Positions 53,039 to 63,462 of a stretch of 64,000 nucleotides of DNA are shown piece by piece. Within the stretch, counting starts at the first letter, position 1. Each line of letters starts with the position of its first letter. The stretch is from Polyangiales bacterium (GTDB lineage Bacteria > Myxococcota_A > Polyangia > Polyangiales > Ga0077539), in NCBI GenBank assembly GCA_044229975.1, contig JBGARZ010000003.1, forward strand, positions 32,001 through 96,000, read 5' to 3'. The translations under genes were made by a program, and so were the position numbers. Below the pieces are notes generated by a model. It worked only from the letters and a program-made list of their open reading frames with translations, was not told the DNA's origin and ran no database searches.

Positions 53039-54154
53039 TCAGTGCGGAGCGCCGCCGGCGCCCTGCTGCTGCATCTGGCGGCGGATCTGCTCCATGAGCT
53101 CCGGGGGAATCTGCGGCGACCCGCCAGGGCCACCAGCGGGCATTCCCATCGGAGGCGCCGCCGGGGCAGCCGCGGGCGCCGACGCGTCAGCCGCCGTCCC
53201 ACCGTCCACCGGGAGCGGCGTCTGGAAGGCCGTGACGGCGGGGTTGATCGCCTCGACCGCGGCGCGCGTCACGACGAAGATGGTGTCGGTGCCCTCGCGC
53301 TGCGCGAAGGTCTCGTTGTCGCCGCTGTTGTTGCCGAGGCGCACGGTGACGGTCTGCACCGCCGCGTCGCCGCCGCCAGTGGTGAGCGTCACGCGGGGGC
53401 TGTCGGCCCCGACGCCGCTCGCGGTGCCTTCGGGCGCGAAGTCCGTCGCCTGGAGCCCGCTGAGCGAGCTCACCAGCGAGTCGATGCGCGCCGTGTCGAG
53501 CCGCGCGACCGTGGTGCCCGCCGCGGCGGTCCACGTGTTGTCGACGCGGTTGAAGTGGAAGGTGCCGTTGCGGTTGACCCACTCCACGGACTGAACGCCG
53601 CTGAGACGCGTGATCTGACGATCGCGCCAGTCGCGCGCCGAGCGCTGCACCGCCGACGAGATCGACTGGTCGACCTCGAAGGTCTCCGGCCGCGACGGGA
53701 CGCGCACCGCCGTGCCGCCCCCGACGCCCGTCCCGACGAAGACGTCGACCACGGTGCTCGCGCCGCTCTTGAGCGTCACCCGCACCGCGTGCTCGTCGTC
53801 CACCTCGAAGGTCGCGTGGCTGCTCGGGTTGCGCCCGCGCACCATGGTGACCTTCATGTCCGCGAAGTTGCGCACCAGGTCTTCGACCGTGGTGCCCGCC
53901 GTCGGGCCGCGGCCCGGCGCCGTCATGATCCAGTGACCATCGCGCTTCTCCAGCTCGATGACGCGCTGGTTCTCGGGGCCCGTCTGACGCCGTAGCGTGA
54001 GGTGATCGACCCGGGCCGCGTCGATGCGCGACCAGGGGTTGCTCACCGGCGCCACGCTGCTCGAATCCGCCGGCTGGGCGCGATAGACGTAGGCCGTCGC
54101 GCCCCCCAGCACCACCAGCACACCGAGCCCGATTCCAATGCCCTTGGAGTTCAT
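53039..54154 (-). CDS. DUF4340-domain membrane-anchored periplasmic protein
   Basis: N-terminal TM helix, duplicated domain, WRDRQI motif; downstream of a GldG-like gene. Confidence 0.75.
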   Translation of the reverse strand: MNSKGIGIGLGVLVVLGGATAYVYRAQPADSSSVAPVSNPWSRIDAARVDHLTLRRQTGPENQRVIELEKRDGHWIMTAPGRGPTAGTTVEDLVRNFADMKVTMVRGRNPSSHATFEVDDEHAVRVTLKSGASTVVDVFVGTGVGGGTAVRVPSRPETFEVDQSISSAVQRSARDWRDRQITRLSGVQSVEWVNRNGTFHFNRVDNTWTAAAGTTVARLDTARIDSLVSSLSGLQATDFAPEGTASGVGADSPRVTLTTGGGDAAVQTVTVRLGNNSGDNETFAQREGTDTIFVVTRAAVEAINPAVTAFQTPLPVDGGTAADASAPAAAPAAPPMGMPAGGPGGSPQIPPELMEQIRRQMQQQGAGGAPH

Positions 54155-54185
54155 TCGCTGTCTTCTTGTCTCTGGTGTCTGACTA

Positions 54186-55826
54186 CTAGAGGGTCATCTC
54201 GGCGCGCTTGCGGGCGCGCAGGGACATCAGCACCACGCCCAGCACCCCGACGAGGAGCGGCAGGCCCACGATGCTGCCCCACTTGAAGAGCTGCTTCTTG
54301 GTGTCGGTCACCGCCTGGAGGCTCGGCTCCGAGACGTCCTTCGCGCGAACCGCGAGGAGGTCGGGGTCCTGGCTCAGCCAGTCGAAGACGTTGAGCAGCA
54401 TCTGCACGTTGGTCGGCATGCCGTTTTGCACCGGCGCGAGCGCGCGGAGCTGGTCGATGTGAAACGCCTTGCCCGTGCCCACGATGAGCAGCCGCGCCGG
54501 GTGCTCGCGCGTGGCGTGCGCCGGCGGGTGGTCGGTGTCGTTGCCCGCGAAGGCGCTGCGGAGCTGGCCTTCGAGCGCCGCCGCGACGACGTACGAGCCG
54601 CGCGCGTTGCCGAAGAGCTGCCGACGGTTCTGGAGGATCTCCAGGGCGTCGAGCTCGAAGTTGTCGCGGCGCAGCACCGAGCGCTCGCTGGTGCGGCCGA
54701 TCTCCGTGTAGACCGTCCCGTTTTCGCGGGCGCGACCGTTGTTGATGGTCAGCGTCGACACGAAGGGCAGGATCACGCCCGGCAGGCGGAACACCGCCGG
54801 ATGCGACGTGTCGATGCCGGGGCCGCCGGCCTCACGCCGCTCGAGGAGCGCGGGGAAGGCGTGCATCGGGATGCGCGCGCGGCCCTGCTCGATCTCCTCG
54901 ATCGCGTCGGCGCCCTGGAAGTCGAGCACCACGTCGGGGTTGAGCGTGACGCCGTAACCTTCGAGGAGACCGTTGAGGCCGTGCTCGGCCCGCGCCGCGG
55001 TGGGCCGCGTGTCGGTGCCGGTCACGTTGACGCCGCCCGCGAAGATCGCGACCGAGCCGCCGCGCATGAGGTACGCGTTGATGCGGCGCAGCTCGCGCTC
55101 GGGGATGGCGCGCGTCGGGCCCATGATGACGAGGCCCTTGATGTCGGTGGGGATGTCGTCCTCGCCGCCGTGCAGGTCGACCGTGCGGGTGGTGTACCCG
55201 AGGTGGGCCTCCTGCATGATGCGCGAGAGGTACGGCAGCGCCTGCTCGGGCGAGCCCTCGTCGTGGCCCGTGAGGAAGCCGATGGCCCGCTCGGGGTCGA
55301 TCATCTTCTTCACGATGGAGGTGATCTGGTACTCCATGCCCTCGGCGCCGGGGTTGACGAAGGGGATCTGCTCCGTCGAGCGGAGGTACGAGAAGGTCAC
55401 GCAGCGGTAGACCTCGGCGAGGTTCGCCTGGTCGGACTGCGTGTTGACCGTCTGGAGCATGCGCTTGGTGCAGCTCGCCCCCTCGGCCGCGCGCTTGCGC
55501 TCGTCGTTGTCGGTGCGAACCCAGCGCACCACGAGGCGGCCGCGGGCGGCGGCCACGTACTCGTCGAGCTGCTCGCGGAGGAGCCGCTCGTCGTCGTTGG
55601 CCGGCGCGGGCTGGTCGGGGGTCCAGTAGACCGTGATGGTGAGGTTGTCGGTGAGGCGTCCGAGCGTGCGCTTGGTGCCCTGCGACAGCGAGTACAGCCC
55701 GCGCTTCGTGAGATCGATGCGGAGGTGCAGGGCCTTCACGGCGATGATGTTGAGGAGCACCACCGCGACGATGGCGATGGCGACGAAGATCCCGGTCTGG
55801 GCGCGGGCCTGGCTACGACGTTCCAT
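54186..55826 (-). CDS. GldG-family ABC auxiliary component (GIFT domain)
   Basis: RIDLTKRGLYSLSQGT, EYQITS, IGFLTGHDE, YLMRGG, LNVFDWL; N- and C-terminal TM helices. Confidence 0.88.
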   Translation of the reverse strand: MERRSQARAQTGIFVAIAIVAVVLLNIIAVKALHLRIDLTKRGLYSLSQGTKRTLGRLTDNLTITVYWTPDQPAPANDDERLLREQLDEYVAAARGRLVVRWVRTDNDERKRAAEGASCTKRMLQTVNTQSDQANLAEVYRCVTFSYLRSTEQIPFVNPGAEGMEYQITSIVKKMIDPERAIGFLTGHDEGSPEQALPYLSRIMQEAHLGYTTRTVDLHGGEDDIPTDIKGLVIMGPTRAIPERELRRINAYLMRGGSVAIFAGGVNVTGTDTRPTAARAEHGLNGLLEGYGVTLNPDVVLDFQGADAIEEIEQGRARIPMHAFPALLERREAGGPGIDTSHPAVFRLPGVILPFVSTLTINNGRARENGTVYTEIGRTSERSVLRRDNFELDALEILQNRRQLFGNARGSYVVAAALEGQLRSAFAGNDTDHPPAHATREHPARLLIVGTGKAFHIDQLRALAPVQNGMPTNVQMLLNVFDWLSQDPDLLAVRAKDVSEPSLQAVTDTKKQLFKWGSIVGLPLLVGVLGVVLMSLRARKRAEMTL

Positions 55827-55829
55827 GGA

Positions 55830-56600
55830 TCAGCTCCACCGCCGGCTGTCGAGTGAGCGCGCGGTCGCCAGCAGGCAGACGAAGATCACGCTGCCGAAGT
55901 AGATGATGTTGCGGGCGTCGAGGACGCCGCGGGAGATGCTCGCGAAGTGGTAGTCGGGGCAGAGGTACTCGATCACCGAGGCCGCGCCGCCGAAGAAGAT
56001 CAGCGCCTTGTTCATGAGGAAGAACACCGCGCCGACGATGAAGCTCACGAAGAACGCCGTGATCTGGTCCTTGGTGTAGGACGAGACCATGACGCCGAAG
56101 GAGACGTAGGCGCCGCCGCCGAGCAGCAGGCCGAGGTAGCCGCCCGCGACGGGGCCCCAATCGAGCTCGCCCATGCGCGAGATGATGAGCGGGTAGCTGA
56201 AGGTCGCGACGATGCAGACCGCGAGCAGGCCGAGGGCGCCGAGGTACTTCCCGAGGATGACCTCCCAGTCCCGCACGGGCTGGGTGATGAGCATCTCCAG
56301 GGTGCCGGTGCGCGACTCCTCCGCGAAGGTGCGCATCGCGATGGCGGGCGAGATGAGCGGCAGCAGCCACGAGATGCTGTTGAACATCGGCTGCAGCGTC
56401 ACCTTCCCCAGCGTCAGGAACGCGAAGGGGATGAAGAACAGGAAGCCCACCAGCAGCAGGAACATCCCGATCACGATGTAGCCGAGCGGAGACGAGAAGT
56501 ACGAGACAAACTCCCGTCGCGCGATGGCGAGGGTGTTGCCGATGGGCGTCCCGATGGACCCGCGGGTCAGCGGGGCCGCCTTGGTTTCCGTGTCAGACAT
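55830..56600 (-). CDS. ABC-2 permease, GldF-like
   Basis: IARREFVSYFSSPLGY, MRTFAEESRTGTLEML.T.PV, VILGKYLG. Confidence 0.9.
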   Translation of the reverse strand: MSDTETKAAPLTRGSIGTPIGNTLAIARREFVSYFSSPLGYIVIGMFLLLVGFLFFIPFAFLTLGKVTLQPMFNSISWLLPLISPAIAMRTFAEESRTGTLEMLITQPVRDWEVILGKYLGALGLLAVCIVATFSYPLIISRMGELDWGPVAGGYLGLLLGGGAYVSFGVMVSSYTKDQITAFFVSFIVGAVFFLMNKALIFFGGAASVIEYLCPDYHFASISRGVLDARNIIYFGSVIFVCLLATARSLDSRRWS

Positions 56601-57633
56601 CGTTCGATGACTCCTTCGTCGCAGTCGCAGTCGCCGCCGGGGCCTTCGTGCCCGCGTTGCGACGCGGGGCTCCCTCACCCACCGTCAGCTGCCGGAAGAC
56701 CTCCTCCAACTGCACCGCCTCGCGGCGCAGCTCCAGCAGGTCCCACTTGTTGTCGACCGCCATGCGGAAGAACTCCCGGCGGTGGTCGCTGGAGCCCTTC
56801 ACGCTCACCTCGACCGTCGTCGCCTTCTCGTCGCTCGGCAGCTCCTTCACGGTACCGCCCGACACCACGCGCTTCACGGCGTCGACCACCGCGGCGGACT
56901 TCCCGTCGTCCTTGCCGGCGTCGACGGTGAGCACGTACTTCACGCTGCCGCTCTTGGCCGCGAGGTCGCCCGGCGCGCCGTCGGCCACGACCTTGCCGCG
57001 GTTGACGATGAGCACCCGCGCACAGGCCTCCTTCACTTCCGCGAGGTCGTGCGTGGAGAGCATGATCGTGCGCGTCTTGCCGATCTCCTTGATGTACGAG
57101 ATGACCTCGGCGCTCTCGTTGGGGTCGAGGTCGGCCGTGGGCTCGTCGAGGATGAGAATGGCCGGGTCGTGGATGAGCGCCTGGGCGAGACCCACGCGCT
57201 GACGATAGCCGTACGAGAGCTCGTTGATGGTCTTGGCGAGCACGTCCTTGAGCCCGCAGATCTCGACCACCTCCTTGATCTTCGCGCGGCGCTTGTCCTT
57301 CGCGATGGCGCGGAGCTCGGCGGCGAAGTCGAGGTACTCCACCACGCCCATCTCGGGGTACAGCGACGCGCGCTGCGGGAGGTACCCGATCATCGAGCGC
57401 ACCGAGAGCGGGTCGTCGAAGACGTCGAACCCGCCCACCTTCGCCGTCCCCTCGGTCGGCGAGATGAAGCACGTCAGGATCTTCATCGTCGTGCTCTTGC
57501 CCGCCCCGTTGGGACCGAGGAAGCCCACCACCTCGCCCCGGCGGATCTCGAAGCTCATCCGGTCGACGGCGCGTTGCGCGCCATAGACCTTGGACAGCTC
57601 CCGGGTCTCGATCATCACGTCACTGGTCGCCAT
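56593..57633 (-). CDS. ABC transporter ATP-binding protein, GldA-like
   Basis: GPNGAGKSTT, LSYGYRQRVGLAQA, LILDEPT. Confidence 0.92.
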   Translation of the reverse strand: MATSDVMIETRELSKVYGAQRAVDRMSFEIRRGEVVGFLGPNGAGKSTTMKILTCFISPTEGTAKVGGFDVFDDPLSVRSMIGYLPQRASLYPEMGVVEYLDFAAELRAIAKDKRRAKIKEVVEICGLKDVLAKTINELSYGYRQRVGLAQALIHDPAILILDEPTADLDPNESAEVISYIKEIGKTRTIMLSTHDLAEVKEACARVLIVNRGKVVADGAPGDLAAKSGSVKYVLTVDAGKDDGKSAAVVDAVKRVVSGGTVKELPSDEKATTVEVSVKGSSDHRREFFRMAVDNKWDLLELRREAVQLEEVFRQLTVGEGAPRRNAGTKAPAATATATKESSNDV

Positions 57634-57817
57634 TCGGTCTCTGCCTTCGGTGAAGCCAACATTCGCCGTTCGCCCCGGCGGGCGCGCATCCTATTCAGGA
57701 GGGCCCCCAAGTCAACGAGGGAGAACACTCCCTGTGCGCGCGACGAACTCCCTGGGATTCAGGGCTATTCCCACGTTCGCGCCCACCGCGCGCGAGGCGG
57801 AAAGGTACCCTCCGCGC

Positions 57818-58237
57818 ATGTTCCGCCACCGACGCCCGGTCCGCTTCGCCGAGGTCGATGCCGCCCGCATCGTCTACTTCGCGCGCCACCTCGACTTCTG
57901 CCACGACGCCCTCGAAGCCCTCTTCGCTCCCCTCCCCGGCGGCTACGCCCACCTCACCATGGTGCGCGGCGTCGGCGTCCCCTCGGTGCGTGTCGAGGTC
58001 GACTACCTCGCGCCGCTCCGGTACGGCGACGTGGCCCTCATCGACACGACCGTCGAGCGCCTCGGCACCCGCTCGGTGACCTTCCGCCACGCCCTCACCC
58101 GCGAAGCCGACGGCGTCGCGTGCGCCAACGTTCGCCAGGTCGTCGTGCTCTGTCGCCTCGACGACCTGGCGTCCGTCGACATCCCCGCCGACGTGCGCGA
58201 CCTGCTCGCCCCGCACCTCGTCTCACCCGGAACATAG
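57818..58237 (+). CDS. Acyl-CoA thioesterase (4HBT/hot-dog fold)
   Basis: VRFAEVDAARIVYF, VDYLAPLRYGD. Confidence 0.85.
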   Translation: MFRHRRPVRFAEVDAARIVYFARHLDFCHDALEALFAPLPGGYAHLTMVRGVGVPSVRVEVDYLAPLRYGDVALIDTTVERLGTRSVTFRHALTREADGVACANVRQVVVLCRLDDLASVDIPADVRDLLAPHLVSPGT

Positions 58238-58279
58238 TCCGACCCGCCCTCGGCGTCGTACACTCCGCACACCCTCGCG

Positions 58280-59425
58280 ATGGACTCCACACGCCGTCAC
58301 CTGCTGACGCTCGGTCTCGGCGCCGTCACCCTCGGCGCCGCCCGCGCCGCCGCGCAGCCCATCCCGTACGTCAACGGTGCTGTCCCCGCGAACCCCTTCG
58401 GCGAAGACCCACCCGCGCGACCCGCCGCCGCCGACGCGGGGACGCTCACGACGCCCGACGCCACCGTCGACGCTGGCGCCGCGCCCGATGTCCCTGCCCC
58501 CGATGTCCCTGCCCCCGATGTACCCGCGCCGACACCCGTCGTCGCAGTCACCGAACCGACCCCGCCTGCGGTGCCGCCCAACCCCTTCGAGTCATCGATC
58601 CGTCGCTACGGCGAGCTCCCCGAGGAGGACATCGTCCGCGCTCTGACCACGGGCTCCATCCTGTCGGCGCGCAACGTCGGCAACACCTCGGTCAATCTCC
58701 GCTGCGACCTCGACGGGCCCATCGATGGGGCGTTCAAGCCCGCCGAGACGCGGCACGTCGACCACTGGCGCGCCGAGATTGGCGCCTTCCGCGTGGCGCA
58801 GCTCCTCGGCCTCGACCGCGTGCCGCCCGCCGTCTTCCGACGCGTCGCCCGCACCGAGCTCGCGGGCGTCGAGGCGGGGCGTCTCCTCTTCCGCGACGGC
58901 TGGGCCCGCGGCGCGATGATCTACTGGGTCCCGGTGCTGCGCCGCGCCGGCATCTTCTCGGGCGCCGCGCTCACCGAATGGACCAACCACCTCGTGGTCG
59001 GCGTCGACATCCCGCCCGACGGCCGACGCCGCGCCGAGGAGATCTCCACCCTCATCTCCTACGACTTCATCATCGGCAACTGGGACCGCTGGCACGGCAC
59101 CAACACCCTCGTCGATGCCCGCGGGCAGCTCTGCTACCGCGACAACAACGGCGGCTTCCTCGAACCCATGCCCCGCTGGAAGATGGAAATCATCTTCTCG
59201 TTCTTGCAGCGCTCGCAGCGCTTCTCGCGCACCTTCGTCGAGCACGTGCGCGCCATGTCCCTCGCGGGCCTGCGCCGCGCCATCGCCGCCGACGCCGACG
59301 GCCGGGAGCCGCTGCTCAACGAGGTCCAGCTCCGCGCCATGGTGCGACGGCGCGCGACGTACCTCGAATACGTCGACGCCCTCGTCGGCATCCATGGCGC
59401 CGCCGAAGTGCTCTGCTTCGACTGA
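58280..59425 (+). CDS. Tat-exported atypical kinase-fold protein, FAM20C/Four-jointed-like
   Basis: TRRHLL twin-Arg signal; AFKP, AEIGAFRVAQLLGLDRVPP, YDFIIGNWDRW, YRDNNGGF. Confidence 0.72.
   Translation: MDSTRRHLLTLGLGAVTLGAARAAAQPIPYVNGAVPANPFGEDPPARPAAADAGTLTTPDATVDAGAAPDVPAPDVPAPDVPAPTPVVAVTEPTPPAVPPNPFESSIRRYGELPEEDIVRALTTGSILSARNVGNTSVNLRCDLDGPIDGAFKPAETRHVDHWRAEIGAFRVAQLLGLDRVPPAVFRRVARTELAGVEAGRLLFRDGWARGAMIYWVPVLRRAGIFSGAALTEWTNHLVVGVDIPPDGRRRAEEISTLISYDFIIGNWDRWHGTNTLVDARGQLCYRDNNGGFLEPMPRWKMEIIFSFLQRSQRFSRTFVEHVRAMSLAGLRRAIAADADGREPLLNEVQLRAMVRRRATYLEYVDALVGIHGAAEVLCFD
58484..58528 (+). repeat. 15-bp tandem repeat x3 (CCCGATGTCCCTGCC) encoding PDVPA linker
   Basis: Two exact copies and one degenerate copy, read directly. 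Confidence 0.85.
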
Positions 59426-59429
59426 TGCC

Positions 59430-59846
59430 TCAGGCCACGAGTTGGCGAAGCTCGCCGCGGTGACGCTCGGCGTACACCGACAGCACGTCGAGGGCGTCGC
59501 GCATCTCGCTCGCGTCCATGTGCTCGACAGGAAACTCCACCGAGAGCACCACGTCGCCGTCTTCGTCGAGGGAGAAGCGGGCGAGCAGCATCTCGCCGTT
59601 GAGCCGCAGCAGCCGCGCGTACAGCTTCTCGGCCTTGTCGGCGTCGGCCGGCAGCCGGACGATGGGCAGCACCATCAGCCGACAGAAAGCCCCTTCGGCC
59701 TGGATCACCAGCGGAAAGGTCCCCCGCCGCGCCCGGAAGCTCGACCGCCAGGTGCGCTCGGAGAGCGAGATCACCGGCCACCCCAGCGCCTTCAGGTGGC
59801 CTTCGATCTTCGTGGCCGCCTGGGAGTCGGTCGTCGCGTCGCTCAT
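59430..59846 (-). CDS. YbjN/type III secretion chaperone-fold protein
   Basis: Small protein with LYARLLRLNGEMLLARFSLDEDGDVVL, the CesT/YbjN-type signature. Confidence 0.7.
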   Translation of the reverse strand: MSDATTDSQAATKIEGHLKALGWPVISLSERTWRSSFRARRGTFPLVIQAEGAFCRLMVLPIVRLPADADKAEKLYARLLRLNGEMLLARFSLDEDGDVVLSVEFPVEHMDASEMRDALDVLSVYAERHRGELRQLVA

Positions 59847-59968
59847 CGTGCGACCCCGAGACTATCGTCGCGACGCCTCCCCCGACAAGCAGCATCCCAT
59901 TCGGCGCCGTGACGACGTGACCCGACCGGGCCATCATCGCTGCGCCCACCTCCATCGAGAGAGCCGAC

Positions 59969-61435
<1,467 letters not shown>

Positions 61436-61442
61436 GGGACCG

Positions 61443-63458
61443 ATGACTCCGTGGCTCACCCCCGCGGCGCTCTTCTCGGTGGTGGTCATCGCCATCCTGC
61501 TGCGGCGCATCCGTCGCGACGCGGGCGGCCGGGCCGACACCCGGTACTTCCAGCGCGTCGGCTGGAGCTACGCCGCAGGCGTCCTCGCCCTCACGCTCGC
61601 CCACCTCGGCGGCGCGCCCGTGGGCCATCCGCTCGTGGTGATCCCGAGCGCCCTCGCCACCTACGGCTCGGCGTACTTCCTCACGCTCTTCGCCTACAGC
61701 TTCCCCCGCGACCGCGTCGCGCCCACCCGCCTGCGCGTCCCGCTCCTCGTCGCGACGGGTCTGTTCATCGCATCGACCGTTCGCATGAGCCTCCACTCGG
61801 GCCGCGAACCCGCGTGGACGCTCCTCTACATGCTTCCGTACTTCGCCCTCTCGGCGCGCTTCGTCACCCGCAACTGGCGACGCGCGACGCTCCCTGGAGA
61901 GTCCGCCCCGAGCGCGCCCGTCTCCGTGGTGCAGGTCGCCATCCTCGCCCCATGGGTGCTCTGCCTCGTCACCCTCGGTGCGCTCTACTTCGTCGGCAAC
62001 GATCACCTCCCGCCCTGGATCGACCTTGCCCAGTGCGTCGCCATGGCCGTCATCGTCGTCGGTTCGGTCGGCGTCGCCATCCTCCGCTACCACCTCTTCT
62101 CGGTGCGCGTGCTCGTCGCCGAGGCGGTCATCACCACCGGGGCCGCGGCCATCCTCGCGGGCTACCTCGGGCTCGTCGCTCCGACGCTGCACCCCGCCCT
62201 CGCGGCCCTCTCCACCGCCGGGCTCGCCACCGTCGTCGTCGCCGGCCTGCCCACCTTCCTCCTCCAGGGGACCTTCGAGGCCCTCGACCGCTTCATGGGC
62301 CGCGCCGGCTCGCGTTTCACGGCCGGCCCGTCTCCCCGCGACGCGCTGGAGCGAGTGCTCTCAGCCACCGCGCGCACCGTCGACCCCGACGCTGTCATCA
62401 CCGCCACCCTCGCCGCGCTGCGCGACGCCACCGGGGGCGACGCCCGCTTCCTGCGCCACGGGGTCATCCCGCAGGGGCACGCCGACGAGCTCCCCGTCCA
62501 CGTCGCCGCGCAGCTCGACGCCCCGGCGCGGCGCTTCCACTCGCTCGACCACGCGCCCGAGCTCGACCCCACGTTGCTCGCCTGGATGCAGTCCGAGCGC
62601 GTGCAGCTCGTGGTCCCGGTGCGGAGCGAGCAGGCGTTGCGCGGGGTGCTGCTGGTGCGCGCCGACCGCCTCTCCCGCGACGTCACCATGCTCTGCGCCA
62701 CGCTCGCCGAGCACGTCGCGCTGAAGTTCGAGAACCTCGCCCTCTACGCCGAGCAGACCCGCCTCGGGCGCGAGCTCGAAGAGTCCCGGCGGCTCGCGGC
62801 CCTCGGCTCCTTCGCCGCCGCCATGGCCCACGACATCCGCACGCCGCTCACGTCCATCGCGATGAACGTGCAGATCCTCCGCGGTCGCGCGTACCTCCCC
62901 GACGACGACCGGGAGTACCTCGACATCGCGAGCGAGGAGATCGCCCGACTCAACACCTCGGTGGCGGAGATCCTCGACTACGCGCGGCCGCTCCAGCTCC
63001 GGCGCGAGCCCGTGGCGCCGCGCGAGCTGCTCGACGACGTGGTTCGCACCATGGCGCCGGTGCTGACCGACCGCGGCGTCGGGCTCGACGTCGAGCTCAC
63101 GGAGTCCGACGACTCGGCGCGACCGCTCGCCGACCCGCGCGCCCTGCGTCAGCTCCTCATCAACCTCATCGACAACGCCGCTGACGCCTCGGCGCGCGGC
63201 GCCACCGTGAGCGTGCGCGCGGCCGTCGACGAAGCCCGCCTCGTGCTGCGCGTCGTCGATCAGGGAAGGGGCATCGCCCCGGAGAACCTCGACCGCATCT
63301 TCGAGCCGTTCTTCACGACCCGCGCGGACGGGACCGGGCTCGGCCTCGCCATCGCGCAGAAGATCGTCCGCGGCCACGCCGGGGAGATCACCGTGCAGAG
63401 CGTGCTCGACGGCGGCACCACCTTCGAGGTGACCCTGCCGAGCTCGGTCGCCAACTGA
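61443..63458 (+). CDS. Multi-TM sensor histidine kinase with GAF-like domain
   Basis: About 8 TM segments, MAHDIRTPL H-box, NLIDNA, DQGRGI, FEPFFTT, GTGLGL; 7 nt after the regulator gene. Confidence 0.92.
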   Translation: MTPWLTPAALFSVVVIAILLRRIRRDAGGRADTRYFQRVGWSYAAGVLALTLAHLGGAPVGHPLVVIPSALATYGSAYFLTLFAYSFPRDRVAPTRLRVPLLVATGLFIASTVRMSLHSGREPAWTLLYMLPYFALSARFVTRNWRRATLPGESAPSAPVSVVQVAILAPWVLCLVTLGALYFVGNDHLPPWIDLAQCVAMAVIVVGSVGVAILRYHLFSVRVLVAEAVITTGAAAILAGYLGLVAPTLHPALAALSTAGLATVVVAGLPTFLLQGTFEALDRFMGRAGSRFTAGPSPRDALERVLSATARTVDPDAVITATLAALRDATGGDARFLRHGVIPQGHADELPVHVAAQLDAPARRFHSLDHAPELDPTLLAWMQSERVQLVVPVRSEQALRGVLLVRADRLSRDVTMLCATLAEHVALKFENLALYAEQTRLGRELEESRRLAALGSFAAAMAHDIRTPLTSIAMNVQILRGRAYLPDDDREYLDIASEEIARLNTSVAEILDYARPLQLRREPVAPRELLDDVVRTMAPVLTDRGVGLDVELTESDDSARPLADPRALRQLLINLIDNAADASARGATVSVRAAVDEARLVLRVVDQGRGIAPENLDRIFEPFFTTRADGTGLGLAIAQKIVRGHAGEITVQSVLDGGTTFEVTLPSSVAN

Positions 63459-63462
63459 GCCC

